Below, one piece after another: positions 24,730-38,550 of a DNA stretch of 64,000 nucleotides (positions are counted from its first letter, which is position 1; every line of letters begins with the position of its first letter). The translations under genes were made by a program, and so were the position numbers. The notes under the pieces were generated by a model. The model searched no databases, was not told the origin of the DNA, and saw nothing but the letters and a program-made list of their open reading frames with translations. This DNA is from Bispira polyomma (lineage: Eukaryota), in contig OZ287751.1 of NCBI GenBank assembly GCA_965649765.1, forward strand, positions 46,686,001-46,750,000. The letters run 5' to 3'.

Positions 24730-26200
24730 GATACATCAGGTACATCCCAAACTTGTCCATGAATTGTTTGCATCGAAGAGTGACATGAGCTTGTTTAAAG
24801 AATTTTCAAATTCAGAAAGAGAACAATTTCTAATGGCTATGGTAACAATTATTCAAGCATTTTTATAGCTGTACGGACTTACAAAGTTAAACCCTTAATT
24901 TTTGATGACCCCTAGCAGGGTATGGCGGGTTAGAATATACAGGTTGTCGATGTAGTTCGATATAATAGTAATTTTTGCTAACCCGATGTAAACTGTCTGT
25001 TATCCTTTCACATACAGTCATACCATGTTTATAATCCATAATTACAGCTAAATATATATAAGTGTGATCTCCCCAAAGAAGGTTTGTGTATATATAATCA
25101 CTTGTGTCGATTTGGAAGTTTCAAAATGCTCAGGACAAGTCCAGCTGATACAGGGCCATTTACATTGATCCGATTGACCAACATATCTACTGTGGGTAAA
25201 GTAAGTACAAACTCGTGACCATCATAAACTCCGTCCGTGACTACCCCTTTTCCTGAGGTGGAATCATGGGGCCATCAGAGGTTGACAATTAACCTTCTTG
25301 TGTTATCATCTTTAGGGCAGATGTTACTGGTGAACAGTGTAATTTTCTGTAAGGAATTTCTTTAAAGGGGCCGGCAATAGCCTGAAAAATACTTGTCCAG
25401 ACTATCCGGAAATTTCAAAGCATGGTTCTTTACACTACTGTTAAATACAAATTCCTCAGTTTTCATGTCCAAAGGAAAACCGAATTCAAGATACTCGGGT
25501 AAAAATCTATCCCCATCCCCCTTAAGTATTTCCCGCCATCCCTGTATATTAAATTCAGAGGGGAAAGGCATGCACACCACCAAGTAATTAGAACATTCCC
25601 ATGCACTCACTTCTTTATGGGCTTTGACAGCCCATTCTTCTAGGGAGTTGAATTTAATACTATTTCTAGTGGTAGGAATTCCTCTGACAGCCTGGTATAA
25701 ACACATGAACCCACTGTTACTGGACTTTCACCTAACCCTTTTATTTTGTCACAGCCTTTGTCAGGCCTTTTTTGTTTTGCTACTTCATGAACTGAAGACA
25801 CAAGTTGGGTCGTACCCAACATATGAGAGTTTTCAACGTCATTCTGATAAAACACCTTTTGGGTGAAAGAAAGGGGTTTGCCCTCAATTAAATGAAACTG
25901 ACATGGGGGGAGACCCCTCACACCTTGCTCCCTTTCGGGGGCAACTTTAAATTGTGTGACTTCATACCTTCAATAAACTTGCCAACCTTTGGCATAGTGT
26001 TAACAAGTCATTTTACAATACATCTTGCATCAGCTTGTTTGGTTCTATCACTTTTGTTAATATTGTTTTGTATCAGAACTGTTTAGGTTTTGTGTTACCA
26101 AACTTTCTTGGGTATTTTGCTATATACACAATATTTTTGTCTGCACTTTCTCAAGGGCGGGAGGACTATTTTACATGTATGTATATACAACTTTTTATAC
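24730..26200 (-). pseudogene. Third DIRS-like retrotransposon remnant (RT region)
   Basis: FLPEYLEFGFPLD..NHALKFP, RRLIVNL and LPTVD motifs homologous to the other two elements. Confidence 0.7.
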
Positions 26201-26829
26201 ACCATTTTGCCCCTTTTTAATGCCATAGTCACACGGAGTACGTTTCGCTAACGGTTTTTTTCGCAAACGTGAGGAAACGCAAGTAAACGTCAATGTTTTG
26301 AACATGGTTTTGTAGCTGCCGTTTTAATCACGCTTGTCCTGCCGGGCATGTTATTTATTATGTTTGCGAACGTTTAATACATTTTGGTCATGTATTACAC
26401 ACATTTCCCTTATGTTTTGATTCCGCTTACTACGTTGGGGATGCGTTTATTATGCTTCAGCAGCTTCACCTACTCTCCAAGTACGTTTGGATTATGCCTA
26501 TTACATCCCTCACGCTTCCATTTCGTTCATTGCGTTTCTCACGAAACAAATACGTATGGTAAGTTTCACTTATGCAGGGTTCGTTTTTTGCAGCCATTTT
26601 TGGTGGGTATATATAAGAGGTGATCATACATATTTTCCCTCATTATTCGAATTTTTTCTACTTTTTACTGGATTTTTCAACAAATTCAACATTGGCTTTT
26701 AACTTTGTATTGGAGTAATTCCAGGTCTTGCAACAAGCCATGATGGTTCAAGTCCAAGTGATGCTGAATATTTTAAATGTTACTCAATATTTGTAACAGG
26801 TAGGTATGAAAGAACAGGTAGGTATGGTC

Positions 26830-27665
26830 ATGGGTTTTAAAAATAAATGGAATAAAGAGCTAGAAATAAATATTAACAATTGTACCTGGCAACATGTTTT
26901 TTAAGATATGCTTTAAAACTATTGAGGACAACTATCTAAAATGGTTTCAGTACAGAATTTTACACGGTATACTTGGTACCCGGAAACTTCTTTTCAAAAC
27001 AGGGAAAACAGACTCTCCAAACTGTATGGTATGCAATGCATCAAACGAATCTTTAACACACTTATTTTTTCTCTGTCCGTATTCTCAAGAATTGTGGCAA
27101 AATCTACAAATCTGGATTTCCAGCAAAAAAGGTTACAATTTGAAACTGAATTCCCAGGAAATTGTTTTAGGACATCTCTTCACAGACAGTAATCTCCTTC
27201 CAATCAATACGATTCTAATTGCCACAAAAAATTTCATATATACGAACTCAAGGAACTCACTCGCCCTCAAAATGTCTGAACTACAGAAAAAATTTAAAAT
27301 TTTATATGAAGAACAAACTATTGGCAAACTATTGGCAAAATTGAATTTTAATGAACAAAAAGGAACTGGCATACATTTAAATGTTTATTTGATTAAATAT
27401 ATACAGGCTTTCATCTGGCATATAAGTAACCTTCAGGTGTATGAACAGTGTATAATATTACTGTATTTAGTGTATATAATTATGCTAAAAGTGCAACAGT
27501 CACTGTAATATATTATGTGTAAATGTATAATAATGAATATGTTATTGTATTTAATGTTTATGACCCCACTGGTTCACTTCTCTGCCAGGGTGTGTGTACC
27601 ACCAGTTTTTCTGTAATGGCAGGATTGTATCACAAATAAAAATATTTAAATATAAAAAAAAATCA
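26830..27665 (+). mobile_element. 3' end of an L1/Tx1-like LINE (zf-RVT, 3' UTR, A-rich tail)
   Basis: ORF 26894-27508 WFQYRILHGIL..CMVC..ESLTHLFFLC; aataaa plus A-run near 27635-27662. Confidence 0.85.
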
Positions 27666-27689
27666 AAACAAAAGGTATTTGAATGACCT

Positions 27690-29880
27690 AATTCAAACAA
27701 ATAAATCCCAATACACAAAACCGGCGAACTGATCGTATTACTATTTGAGTTAACATTAAGTGTTAAAATTAAAACAATAATGCTCCCCGGCAAAACAAAC
27801 AGCTCCCATGTTACTTTAACTGAGGCAACTGTTACAATCTTGCTCTACCTGAGCGAAAAACAAAAATTGTTTGATCTTATGCAAACAAATCAGTCACAAT
27901 ACACGTAACAGGCGAACTATTTGCGTTAACGTATGCTTTAACATTGTGTTTCAACATCAAAACAATAGTGCTCTCCGGGCGAAACAAACAATTGAAATGT
28001 TACCTTAACTAAGGCAATTTTTACAATCTTGCTCTACCTAATAAAAAAAAGAAATCGTTGATCCTATGCAAACAAATCCATCACAATACACAAAACAGGC
28101 AAACTGTTCGCATTAACATTAACAGTGAGTGTTAACATCAAAACAGTTGTGCTCCCTCGGGCCAAACAAAGAACTGACATGTTACCTCAACTAAGTCAAC
28201 TGTCACAATCTTGCTCTACCTAAGAGAAAAACAAAAATCATTGATCTTATGGAAACCAATCAATCACAATACAATAAACAGGCAAACTGTTCGCATTAAC
28301 GTTTACGTTAACATTGAGTGTTAACATCAAAACAATAGTACTTCCCGGGCAGATGTTACTTTAAGTGAGGCAATCTTGCTCTATCTAAGTGAAAAATTCG
28401 ACATGACATTCAAGAGCCAACATTTTTTTTTAAACGAGAATTAGCATTAAATTATGCATCTTTTAAAACGCAATAAATCTATTTCTAATTCACTAAGAAA
28501 AAGTTGACATGACCATAATTAGCCATAAATTAGTCATGTTATATTAAATATAAATAACTGTAGTTTGTCTCTGATAAATATATTATTACTGAATGTAAGC
28601 ATGCCACGTTGAATGTTAACATCAAAACAATATTGTTCTTCTGACAAAATGAGCGACTGACAAATTATTTTAACCAAGAAGATTTTGCTCTAAGAACGCA
28701 AAAGGAACATTTACATTTTCTAATTGAGTTCCAAAGTTGACACAACTTTCAAAACATTTTTGTTTCGTATTTATACCATAATTGGTCATAAATTCGGCAT
28801 GTAATATTAGATGAAAAACATATTTCTAATTCAGTAATAGAGGTTGACATAACTTTTATAAATGTTATATTAGATATAAATTATAGAGTTTGTCTCTGGT
28901 AAATATGATATCACTGAAAGCATGCTTGCCGCATCGAATGTTCGCATCAAGACAATAGTGCTCCCCTGGCAAAATGAACAGCTGACTGATCTTTTTAAAC
29001 AAGGCAATCTGGCACTATGAGCGCAAAAAGAATATTTACATTTTCTAATTGAGTGTCTAAGGTTGACATCACTTTCAAAATCACTTTTTTTGTTTTTATA
29101 CCATAATTGGTCATAAATTAGGCATGTAAAATTAGATCATGGACATATTTTTAATTCTGTAAGAACTGTTGACATAACTTCAAAAATGTTATATCATATA
29201 TTATTACAAGAGTTTATCTCTAATAGATATGATATCACTAAAGACAGGCATGCCACATTGAATGTTTACAACAATACAATAGTGCCCCATGGCAAAGTGA
29301 ACAGCTGATTAATTATTTTAACCAAAGCAATCTTGCTTTAAAAGAGATTAAAGAACATTTACGTAATCTAATTCAGTACCAAAAGTTGACATGACTTTTA
29401 AAAACTCGAACATTTTCAACTAATTTTGATACCATAATTAGGTATGTTACATTAGGTAATAAACATGTTTCTAATTCAGTAACACAAGTTGACATGACTC
29501 TAAAAAGTATTTTAAAGTATTTTTGATATGAATTTCTAAAAACTCAAACATTTTAAAGCATTCTTGATACAATATTTACCAGTTATAATAGATAATAAGC
29601 ATGTTTCTAATTCTATATTACAAGTTGACACTGTAAGTGCTTATTTACTGCAACAGTATTTTGGTTGAAATCTTTAAAACAGATCATTTAACTCGAAACA
29701 AAAGTCATAGAACATCTAACAACAGTGCTCCCCTGGCAAGATAAACAACTGACTAATTACTTTAACCAAAGGCGATCTTACTCTAAAAGAGATATAAAAA
29801 GAACCTTTATATTTTCTAATTCAGTTACAAAAATTGACATTACTTTAAGAAAACTGACACATTTTTTTAGCATAATTAGC
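27690..29880. repeat. Degenerate satellite: about four ~185-bp units grading into longer (~325-bp) related units
   Basis: Recurrent aacatcaaaacaatagtgctccc and caatcttgctcta; tttctaattca..gttgacat recurs in the longer units. Confidence 0.85.
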
Positions 29881-30125
29881 CATAATAGGTATATTTCACA
29901 CAAAGGTCCTCCTAATCAAAGTTAATAGCACCTTTAACTCTGAACAACAGAGATTCATCTTTATAGAATTTCTTAACTGTGTGAAAGCCTGAGTAGGGAT
30001 TTAGCTGAGCCCCAACTCAACCCGAACTACATTTTTGAGTATAAATAGTTCCTCCATAAAACTTGTTTAATATAACTGTTTTGAATTCAACATTAATTAC
30101 ACATCATTTGGTGTTGATTATAATA

Positions 30126-30839
30126 ATGGTAGAGTCATTTGAAGATCAATTTAAAGCAGAGCTTTACAAAAAGTATTATGCGTGTAACAAAAGTTTTATT
30201 CCTAAAGAACAGTACTGCAACTTGATAGCAGATCTGAAATTAGCTGCAGGCAACAGTCTGACAAAAAGTAGACAAAGTTACTACTTACTCTCAACTTTAG
30301 CTGTAAGTTACATCATAGAGTTAATGAGTTGAAATCTGTTATTGTATATCTGATGTAACCCTATTACATATATGTATAAAAATATTGTACATTATACTTA
30401 TCACTATAAGAAAATATAATAAATAAATAATTGGTTGTGATGCCAAGGTTGGATTGTCTACATCTTTCCTCCCAACTGAGATAGTTGAAAGGATACAAAG
30501 TGAGGATGATCTGTTAGCTGCTGTACATGGTCCAGACCATTCAGAGATAACCCAATGGCTGAAATGGCGAAACAACCAAATCCCATTACTGGACCAAGTG
30601 CAAGAGAACAACCCACAGTGAACCACCAATCATGAGTCCTGCAATGTCTGCAGCAAATAATGAAATTCTGGATGCCCGGATAACCAACATTATCACAGAA
30701 AGGAGAGAAATAGAGAGGCTATGTAAAATGCAAATGTGCTGGAAATAAAAAGTGTGAATCTAACAGGTGCAAGTGCTTAAAAAACAAAATTAAGTGCTCC
30801 AGCCGTTGCCATAGCAGCCTCTCATGTAAAAATAAATAA
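30126..30839 (+). pseudogene. Internally deleted KRBA2/SCAN-integrase-like (Ginger-type) transposase remnant
   Basis: N-terminal ..EQYCNLIADLK..RQSYYLL and C-terminal CKCAGNKKCESNRCKCLKNKIKCSSRCHSSLSCKNK*; integrase core absent. Confidence 0.65.
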
Positions 30840-31181
30840 AGCCTACATGCATAAACAAACACTAAATGGGAAAGTAATAGAATTAAACACGTTTATCTTT
30901 AGTCTTAATTAAACAAATTTATATAAATAATATGTAATGCTAACAGTAGATATGTAGTGCTTATTACTGAGAGTCAATAAATTAATGCAAGAGTGTTTAT
31001 CCATATTTTACCAAATTATATGTTTTATGTTACATGTTTTATGCTTTATTGTATGTCTATCTCAGTGTGTAATAAACAACAGCTTGTATTTATTCATTTT
31101 GTTTCATTTCTTATTACACATAATTCTTAGTACAAATATGTGATCATGATATATAATAATATTGTCTGCTCAATATACTTT

Positions 31182-31203
31182 CAGTCATTACGCGTAATGA
31201 CTG
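31182..31203. repeat. Perfect 22-bp palindrome (cagtcattacgcgtaatgactg) within a longer imperfect hairpin
   Basis: Direct inspection; outer arms ctcaa...ttgag. Confidence 0.9.
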
Positions 31204-31565
31204 GAAATTTGAGAAGAGGGTTCTTCGAAGAAAGGAGGAGGGGCCTAGTGAGGGATATCCCTCACTGTATCATGTCTAATGGGAGGATGCTTCTGACATA
31301 AATAATGGTCATACATTATTTCATCTGAAAAAACGCTTCTTATACATATGAACTCAGTGGGGGATGGCGACGTTCTTCCCTGAAGTTCTTCCCTATTTAC
31401 AGGTACCCAGTGAGGGATGCTATGTTAGTACTGTATGTACCCAGTGGAGGATGGCAAGGTTCAGCCCTGAAGGTCTTCCCTATATATAGGTACCCAGTGG
31501 GGGGTGCAGTGGGGCCAGTATGCTTCTTGTAGCAAGGTTGTTGTTTTTTTCATTTAACAAACAGC

Positions 31566-32795
31566 TCAAATAGTGTTTTTGAAACATTTGGGTGGCCCTG
31601 AAAAGTGCCAATTAGTAGTCACATGATTGACAGAGGAGAGCAGTGGCAAGTCGTCGGTTGTGGTTGATGATGTTGAAGCGGTGGTGGTTGTGTAGTCTGT
31701 GGGTAACTGGATGTCAGCAATATCCCTGAAGCCTGCAGGAGTGCTAATGTTCTGGTAGCTGGTGTCTGGTGTGTCCTCTGGCAAATGAGGAAGCTACCAA
31801 GGTATTCAGGATGTCACTGTCAACTGTCAGGGTTCACTGACATTCGGTTAAAGTTTCTTGCACTAGTCCCACTAGTCGCGTTGCCTCTAGATATCACTTG
31901 GTGGCTCTGAATACCACTGGTGCTGGACAACGATGGAAATGTTTGTGCTATTTGTGTTGTAATCACATGTGGGCCGGGCTGTTGCTGTGGAGGAGGCTGT
32001 GGTGATGCCTGTAGCGATTGTTGGGGTGGTTGTTGATAAATGTAGTGTCCCTGCTGTACTGGTTAATGAATATAAGCTGGAGGTCCCATCTGGTAGTGGG
32101 GGAAAGCCTGCTGCTGTGGCAGAAAAGCTGCTGTTGTAGCTATTCCAGCTGCTGCCCTTTCCAGGAGTGTTGTTACTAGGTTGAAGGGCTCCCTCTTGAA
32201 CTGCAGGAAGGCACGTTTTTGCATGTTCTCTATCTCAATGCTCAACCAGTTCATATAGGATCCTCGTGCTCCCTCATCCTTGGGTTTCTTGGCCTCCTTA
32301 AGGATTCCTGTTATAGTCATCCTCCCAATGGAATCAGCCAACTCAATCCTGAACTGTCTGTCCTGTCTCTCCTAGCTAGGGGTAGAGGATTCAAAGGTTG
32401 TTTAAGATTTTGGTGAGGCCACATTAAAAGAGTCCATCTCACCCTGGTCTGTGTCGGAGTGGGACAACACACCGGGAGATTCACGAGGGGCAGCCCCCTG
32501 AGACGCTGATGTCATAGGCTTGAAGCCGGCATCACTTACGTGTAATCCAATCCCCTTGTTGAGCAGTATGACTCCCACAGCATGTTCTTCCTCTGAGTGT
32601 CTTTATACAGTCCTTATCTTCCCCTTCTTCTGTTTGCGACTGTGGGCCGCCACCTCACTGTCCAGGGTATCCCTCATATGCTGCGTATTCTGGGTCTCCT
32701 GTGTCTCCAGGATATCCGCGATATTTAGATTAGGCCGGTTCAACTGTTTAAATAATTCTGGGGTATCATTCTCTATCACTGAAGGGGCTGTTCCA
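31566..32795 (-). pseudogene. Second Harbinger accessory (MADF-type) gene, internally deleted, retaining a Gln/Pro-rich C-terminal half
   Basis: 32600-32770 is strongly similar to 12460-12630 (cagttgaaccggccta...ggacagtgaggtg...aaacagaagaaggggaagat). Confidence 0.75.
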
Positions 32796-32984
32796 CTATA
32801 AAGATAGATCAGGAACAGCCTCGATTTTTACCCTCCTAGTGGTACCCTGCTGAATCCTCTGGACCACCTGCCGCGATATGACAATTATGGTCTAGGACAA
32901 AAAAAACTTTAAATTGTTAAAAATGACCATGATTATCCGGGGCTACACCATAGGTGATCTTTAGGGAGACAACAATTCCAGTAC

Positions 32985-35103
32985 TCGAGTATTGCCTCTT
33001 CTGGATCATTTAATTGATAACACACAATGCGGTTTTGTCCCAGGTCGGTATATCGGTGAATCAACACGTCTCATCTATGACATTATGCATTACACAGAAG
33101 TTCATCATATTCCGGGAATGTTAGTCATGATTGATTTCGAAAAGGCCTTTGATTCGATTACATGGCCTTTCATTTACGATGTTCTTAGATTTCTAAATTT
33201 TAATGAAACCTTTATAGACTGGATCAGACTATTTAACAGTGACATCAAAGCAAGCGTGATTCAATGTGGTTTTCTCTCCGAGTCCGAGTTCATAAACATC
33301 CAATGTGGGTGTGGACAGGGAGATCCTATCTCCCCTTATCTTTTCATTCTTGCGGCACAAATATTAGCTATATTAATTTCAAATAACCCAGACATAAAGG
33401 ACATTAAATGTAACAATATGACATTTAAGCTAACACAATTTGCTGACGACACCACTTTAATCTTGGATGGTTCGGCTGATTCATTAAGAGTGGAAGTTTT
33501 TGGCAATATATCTGGATTAATTGTAAACAAAGATAAAACACAAATTGTATGGATTGGCAAGAAGAAGCATTGCAAAGAAAAATTAATAAATATTAAATTT
33601 CAATGGGATACCAGCCAGTTTACCCTTTTGGGAGTTAATTTCTCGGTAGACTTACACAGGTGCATCGAGCTAAATTATATAGAAAAACTTAAAGAGGTAA
33701 AAGAACTAGTAAATAGATGGAGCAGAAGAACACTGACACCCATAGGAAAAATTACTGTTATTAAGAGTCTTTTACTCTCTAAATTGAACCACATTTATAT
33801 GTCTTCCAAATCCTGACAAATCAATATTGAGTGAAATAGGAAACCTATGTTTCAACTTTATATGGTCTAATAAACCTGATAAAATAAATAGAAAAACATT
33901 AATGCTTGATTATTACTTGGGTGGACTTAAGATGTGTAATTTAGATTATATTATGCAAGCTACGAAAGCTACATGGATACGACGCATAGTAAGAGATTGT
34001 AATAAACCGTGGCTGCAGCTGTTCCAGAATACCATAACTGAAGATTTGACGCAATTTCTTATTTTAGGACCTACTTACCTGAAATATGTGATAAGAAAAA
34101 CCTCAAATAAATTCTGGGTGGATGTTTTTAATGCCTGGGACATTATTTGTCAAAACCAAACCGAGAAATATTGGCTTGACCTACTAGCAAGTCCACTTTG
34201 GTTTAATGAAAGAATATCAAGAGAGACTATGTTTATGTCTACATGGTATAAAAATGGCATTGATATGGTGGCCGATGTAATAGATACATCTGGAAAAGTC
34301 CTTGATCTTAGCCGACTAAAGCAGAAGTTCGGTATAAATCATATTGATCCATTAAATTACTTAACTGTTAGACAAAATGTTACTATATTCCTCCACAAAG
34401 TACACTCAGAAGGAAATGCAATTATGCAAAGACCGACAATACCCTTCTTTATGAAAATACTATTTAAGGCAAACCAAGGGGCTAGGGTTTTCTATAGAAC
34501 ATTCAACAAAAATAATGTAAATGAACATTCAATGAAATTAAAATGGAACAGAGACACGAAATTAATTATTAATAATGAAACATGGTCCACTATATTCAAC
34601 ATCTGCCATAGAACAATTAAGAGTAACAATTTAATATGGTTCCAAATGAAAATACTTTACAGAATATTAGGAACAAAAGGCTATTTATATAAACTTCAGA
34701 TAAAAGATGACCCATTGTGTCGAAAATGTGGACGGGATGAAACCATTTTGCATATGTTTGTTGAATGCGAAAGTACAAAAAATGTATGGGCCCAGCTCTC
34801 AAGGGTTATTAAAGACAGGATCAACGTTAATGTAATTTTTAGTACTTGGGACATTATATTTGGATATCCTTTCACTGATCAAAATCAAAAACCATTAAAT
34901 GCAATAATCATTGTCACCAAGAAATTTATTTTTGATACATCCATTAGTGACAATATGCGTAATATAAGTACACTGTTGCAACGATTAGAATCTATTTATA
35001 TAGATGAAGAGTATTTAGCAAAACTCACAGATAAGCATTGAATTTTTCAAATATATGGGGGAAATGGAGTCCTCTTTTTTTCTGTCACAGGGATTATATA
35101 GAA

Positions 35104-35140
<37 letters not shown>

Positions 35141-35423
35141 AAGAGCGGTAAATGTAAGAAATATTGTATGTAAAATTAAATAACAGAATATTGTCAATTC
35201 TCAAAGTCAGTAACATCAATATCTAGATGTAAAGTTATACAATTATTGATACTAGCGTGTTATGGTGTTAAACGTTATATGATGTAAATTATTGAAGTCA
35301 GTAACATGAATATCTTGATGTAAATTTGTTCAATCATTTGATACTAGTGTGTTGTGGTGTTAAACGTTTCTATATATTAACATGTACTTGTGCACTGGAG
35401 AAAAAAAAAATAATAAAAAAAAA
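32985..35423 (+). mobile_element. 5'-truncated L1/Tx1-like LINE with poly(A) and 14-bp TSD
   Basis: TSD aacaattccagtac at 32971-32984 and 35424-35437; RT motifs DFEKAFD, QGDPISP, FADD; zf-RVT CRKC..HMFVEC. Confidence 0.95.
32992..35041 (+). pseudogene. LINE ORF2 C-terminal half (RT plus zinc finger), frameshift near 33800
   Basis: Long ORFs 32992-33816 and 33827-35041. Confidence 0.92.
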
Positions 35424-35725
35424 AACAATTCCAGTACAATTGCCAGGTTTAACCAGGGCTCCAGGGTCCGACCACCGGATTAATCATCCCCCTTCCCGAT
35501 TGTAAAGATCACATGTAGTGGCTAACCCGATTGTAACGATAACACCTATAGTGGCCACTCTAACTGTAAAGATTAGTTGGGGTGTCACCCAAACTAAGAT
35601 AATCCTCTGTCTACGGTTCTGGGTATAAAACAACAGTTTTTTGCATGATCCAGACACTTGAGAATTTTTTTCCCAAAGAGCACATTGATAATTGAGTAGA
35701 GAATTGAGTAGAGGATTGAGTAGAT

Positions 35726-36473
35726 ATGCCACCAGATAGAGTTATGATGATTGCTAGGACATTCATGACCTAGCTGGCATGATGATGGACATGTTCAGAG
35801 CTAGAAGGGAGGGAGCCAGAAATACCAGTATGAGTGGCTGACCTGTCCAACCACCCCAGATGACTGAAAAGAGGTAGAAGGTGTCTTCCGTACCAGATGG
35901 AATGTGCCCAATGCCTTAGGTTCTCTTGATGGCAAGCATGTGGCCATAAGATGTCCCAGGCGAGGTGGCAGTCAGTATTTTAACTACAAGGGCTTCTACT
36001 CCAGTGTAATGCTGGCCCTTGTAGATGCCAACTACCGCTTCCTCTGGGTGGATGTTGGCTGCACTGGGTCGTGGTTGGACTCCCAGATATTCAACCAATG
36101 TGAGCTGAGGGACATGTTTGAGGATGGCTCAATTGGATTTTCCCCACCACAACTCATCAGCCCGACAAGACCTGCAGTGCCATGCTTCATCCTGGCCGAT
36201 GATGCTTTTGCACTAAAACCATGGCTGATAAAGCCTTTCTTTCTGATGTGGCGACAACCGTGACCAGGATATGTTGTGTGCTGCACAATATACTCAGGAC
36301 ACAATATGGGACCCTGGCAGTGGAAGTATATGGGGCAACCTAATGAGCTACAGGGGAATGATCGGGCCCTGCCCAGGCCAAATCCAAACAGAGAGACCAA
36401 AGACCAGAGAGAGCTGCTGATGCATTACTTTAACAACGTGGGAGCAGTGCCTTGCCAACAGGGCAGAATCTGA
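35726..36473 (+). pseudogene. Second Harbinger transposase, internally deleted
   Basis: PNALGSLDGKHVAIRCP..YFNYKGFYSSVMLALVDANYRF..ADDAFALKPW; HYFNNVGAVP. Confidence 0.9.
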
Positions 36474-36939
36474 ACTTTAACTTCTTCACTTGTACTGGGT
36501 GCTAATAATCGCCTCTGAATTTCAGGTACACTCTAATTTTCCAAGAACAATTGATATGCTAGTTTTGCTAAGAAAAGATGAAATAAACCCCTCACTACCA
36601 TAGACCATATATACACATGCCCCACATTTAACTAATCTCTGTCAGACACATCACAACACATCACCCAAGGCCCATGAAGACAATTAAGGTCAAATTCCTG
36701 CGTGCTTATAGAGGATAAACATATGTATAATACATAGCATTTGTATGACGATCCCGCCTTTTGTAAGACCAATTACATGCCAAATTTGAAATCTGTCAAG
36801 CCTTTTTTGAGTTCCTGTCCTGAAATAAAAAAATCCTTAAAGTCATTATTACTCTGTTACTAGCGGAACTTTAAAATCACCTTAAAATAGGCCTTGTGAC
36901 AAGACTCGTTTGAGTGCAACTTGCGAAGACTGAGATGTG

Positions 36940-37560
36940 ACTTACTATACTTAGAGGAGTGGCATACATAGAGAACAGAATGAAACCAAGGACAAAACCT
37001 TAAGGAACACCAAAATGCAGCTTCCACAGATCAAACAGGATGGAGTGAATCTTAATAGCCTGGAAGCAGTCAGATAAGTAGGAAGTAAACCACTTTATTG
37101 CTGAACCACAAACATGATTCCATACAACCGAGAAGGGTAGAATGGTTAATTCTGACAAACAAGTCGAGCAATACCAAGGTAGTGGGCTCGCCTCTTGTTC
37201 CTGTATAACATGTAAATGTTTCAAGCAACATAAAACCCCAAAACTAATCTAATCAAATTTTATCAAGCTAAGGAAACATTAACATCCTTTTTTATTGCCA
37301 ACACAAAAGTTTAAGTTAAATGACCCTGTTTTTATGCAGGTTGTAGAGGGTTGCTAAGGTTATGAATATTAATATGATCAATCAAATGTGTAGCAACATC
37401 ACATTTAACCAACTGATGTTCAGGAAGAACAGACTCGGGGACTCTATGATGGGCCTGCTACAGCACTGCCACACCTTTTTAGAGTTGTGGCTGTTTTCTG
37501 TGATAAGATTCCTGTAGTAATCAGGGTTGTTTTTGTTCAACACCAATTGCAAGCAATCTG
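36940..37560 (-). pseudogene. CR1/L2-like LINE fragments
   Basis: WFTSYLSDCFQAIKI..FGVP*GFVLG and DYYRNLITENSHNSKKVWQ. Confidence 0.7.
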
Positions 37561-38259
37561 CTTGTCGAGGCTTGTTTTGTTTCTGTCGTCTTTGAAAACA
37601 AACAACATGTCCGTACCCCCTGCAGTTTTGGAGAAGGGTTTAACATGGATGCATACACCACAGACCAGCTGACATCAAAATTATCTTGACATTCACATTG
37701 TAAAGTAATGAATAATGCTAAATAAGATGTGAACTTTTGTACTTACTGGCAATGAGTGTTGACGTTGTTGCCGCTTGTTTTGAGCACTTTGTTCACATTC
37801 CCCAGTTATAAGATGCTACAATGAAAAATAACTGTAATGTAAGTTTTATTGGCAGACTCAAGACAATGTAACGGAATGATTTTCAGATTATATACTTACG
37901 AAAAATGCTAATAATTACAAGTTAATATTTATCGGCTGAAGAAATACACATTAATACAAGACCACTGCCATGATATAGATCTCCTGTCACCATTAAATAG
38001 TAAATGATATGACACTTGTAAATGAAGTCCGAATGAAATTAGAATAAAACAGTACAATTTGGAGATAGAACATCCTACAGTTTTAAGTAAGCAAATCAAC
38101 CACAAAAGGTTCTCACTCCAATCTTTAAGCTTAAATGTGTCTCCATTAAAATATTCACATGATTTCCTTGTAGTTGTTTATTCCAAACATCTTGAACTAA
38201 TAATAAAGGAGACAAAAAGCTTTTTAGCTATCAACAACTCTGCTTAATCTTGAGAGTGG

Positions 38260-38550
38260 GGTCCATGGTCAAATCTGCCCCATATAAAGATTCACATCCC
38301 ACGATTTAAATTTGTTGCTTTCACATTACACACATCTAGAGCCAATTATAATGGAAGACATAAGGTATTTTAAATATAAACATCCCTGTTAGACCCTGAA
38401 AGAGGGGTTCAAGGTCAAATTTGACCCTGTAACAGGAGATACAACCAACACTTTCTTGTTAGTTGTTTCACATTCAAAACATCTAGGAGCAATAAAAAGA
38501 GAGATATATCGCCTTTTAAGTTTCATCAACCTCATTTGACCTTGAAGGAG
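38260..38550. repeat. Repeat with tgaccttga...tcaaggtca palindromic cores; related blocks at 41420-41780, 50370-50940 and 55140-55430
   Basis: Recurrent tttgaccttgaaggagaggttcaaggtcaaa and aacctctaggaccaataa motifs. Confidence 0.75.

Noticed and set aside
26218-26800. Possible third Harbinger/MITE end (taatgccatagtcacacgg)
   Set aside because: No matching second TIR found in the window
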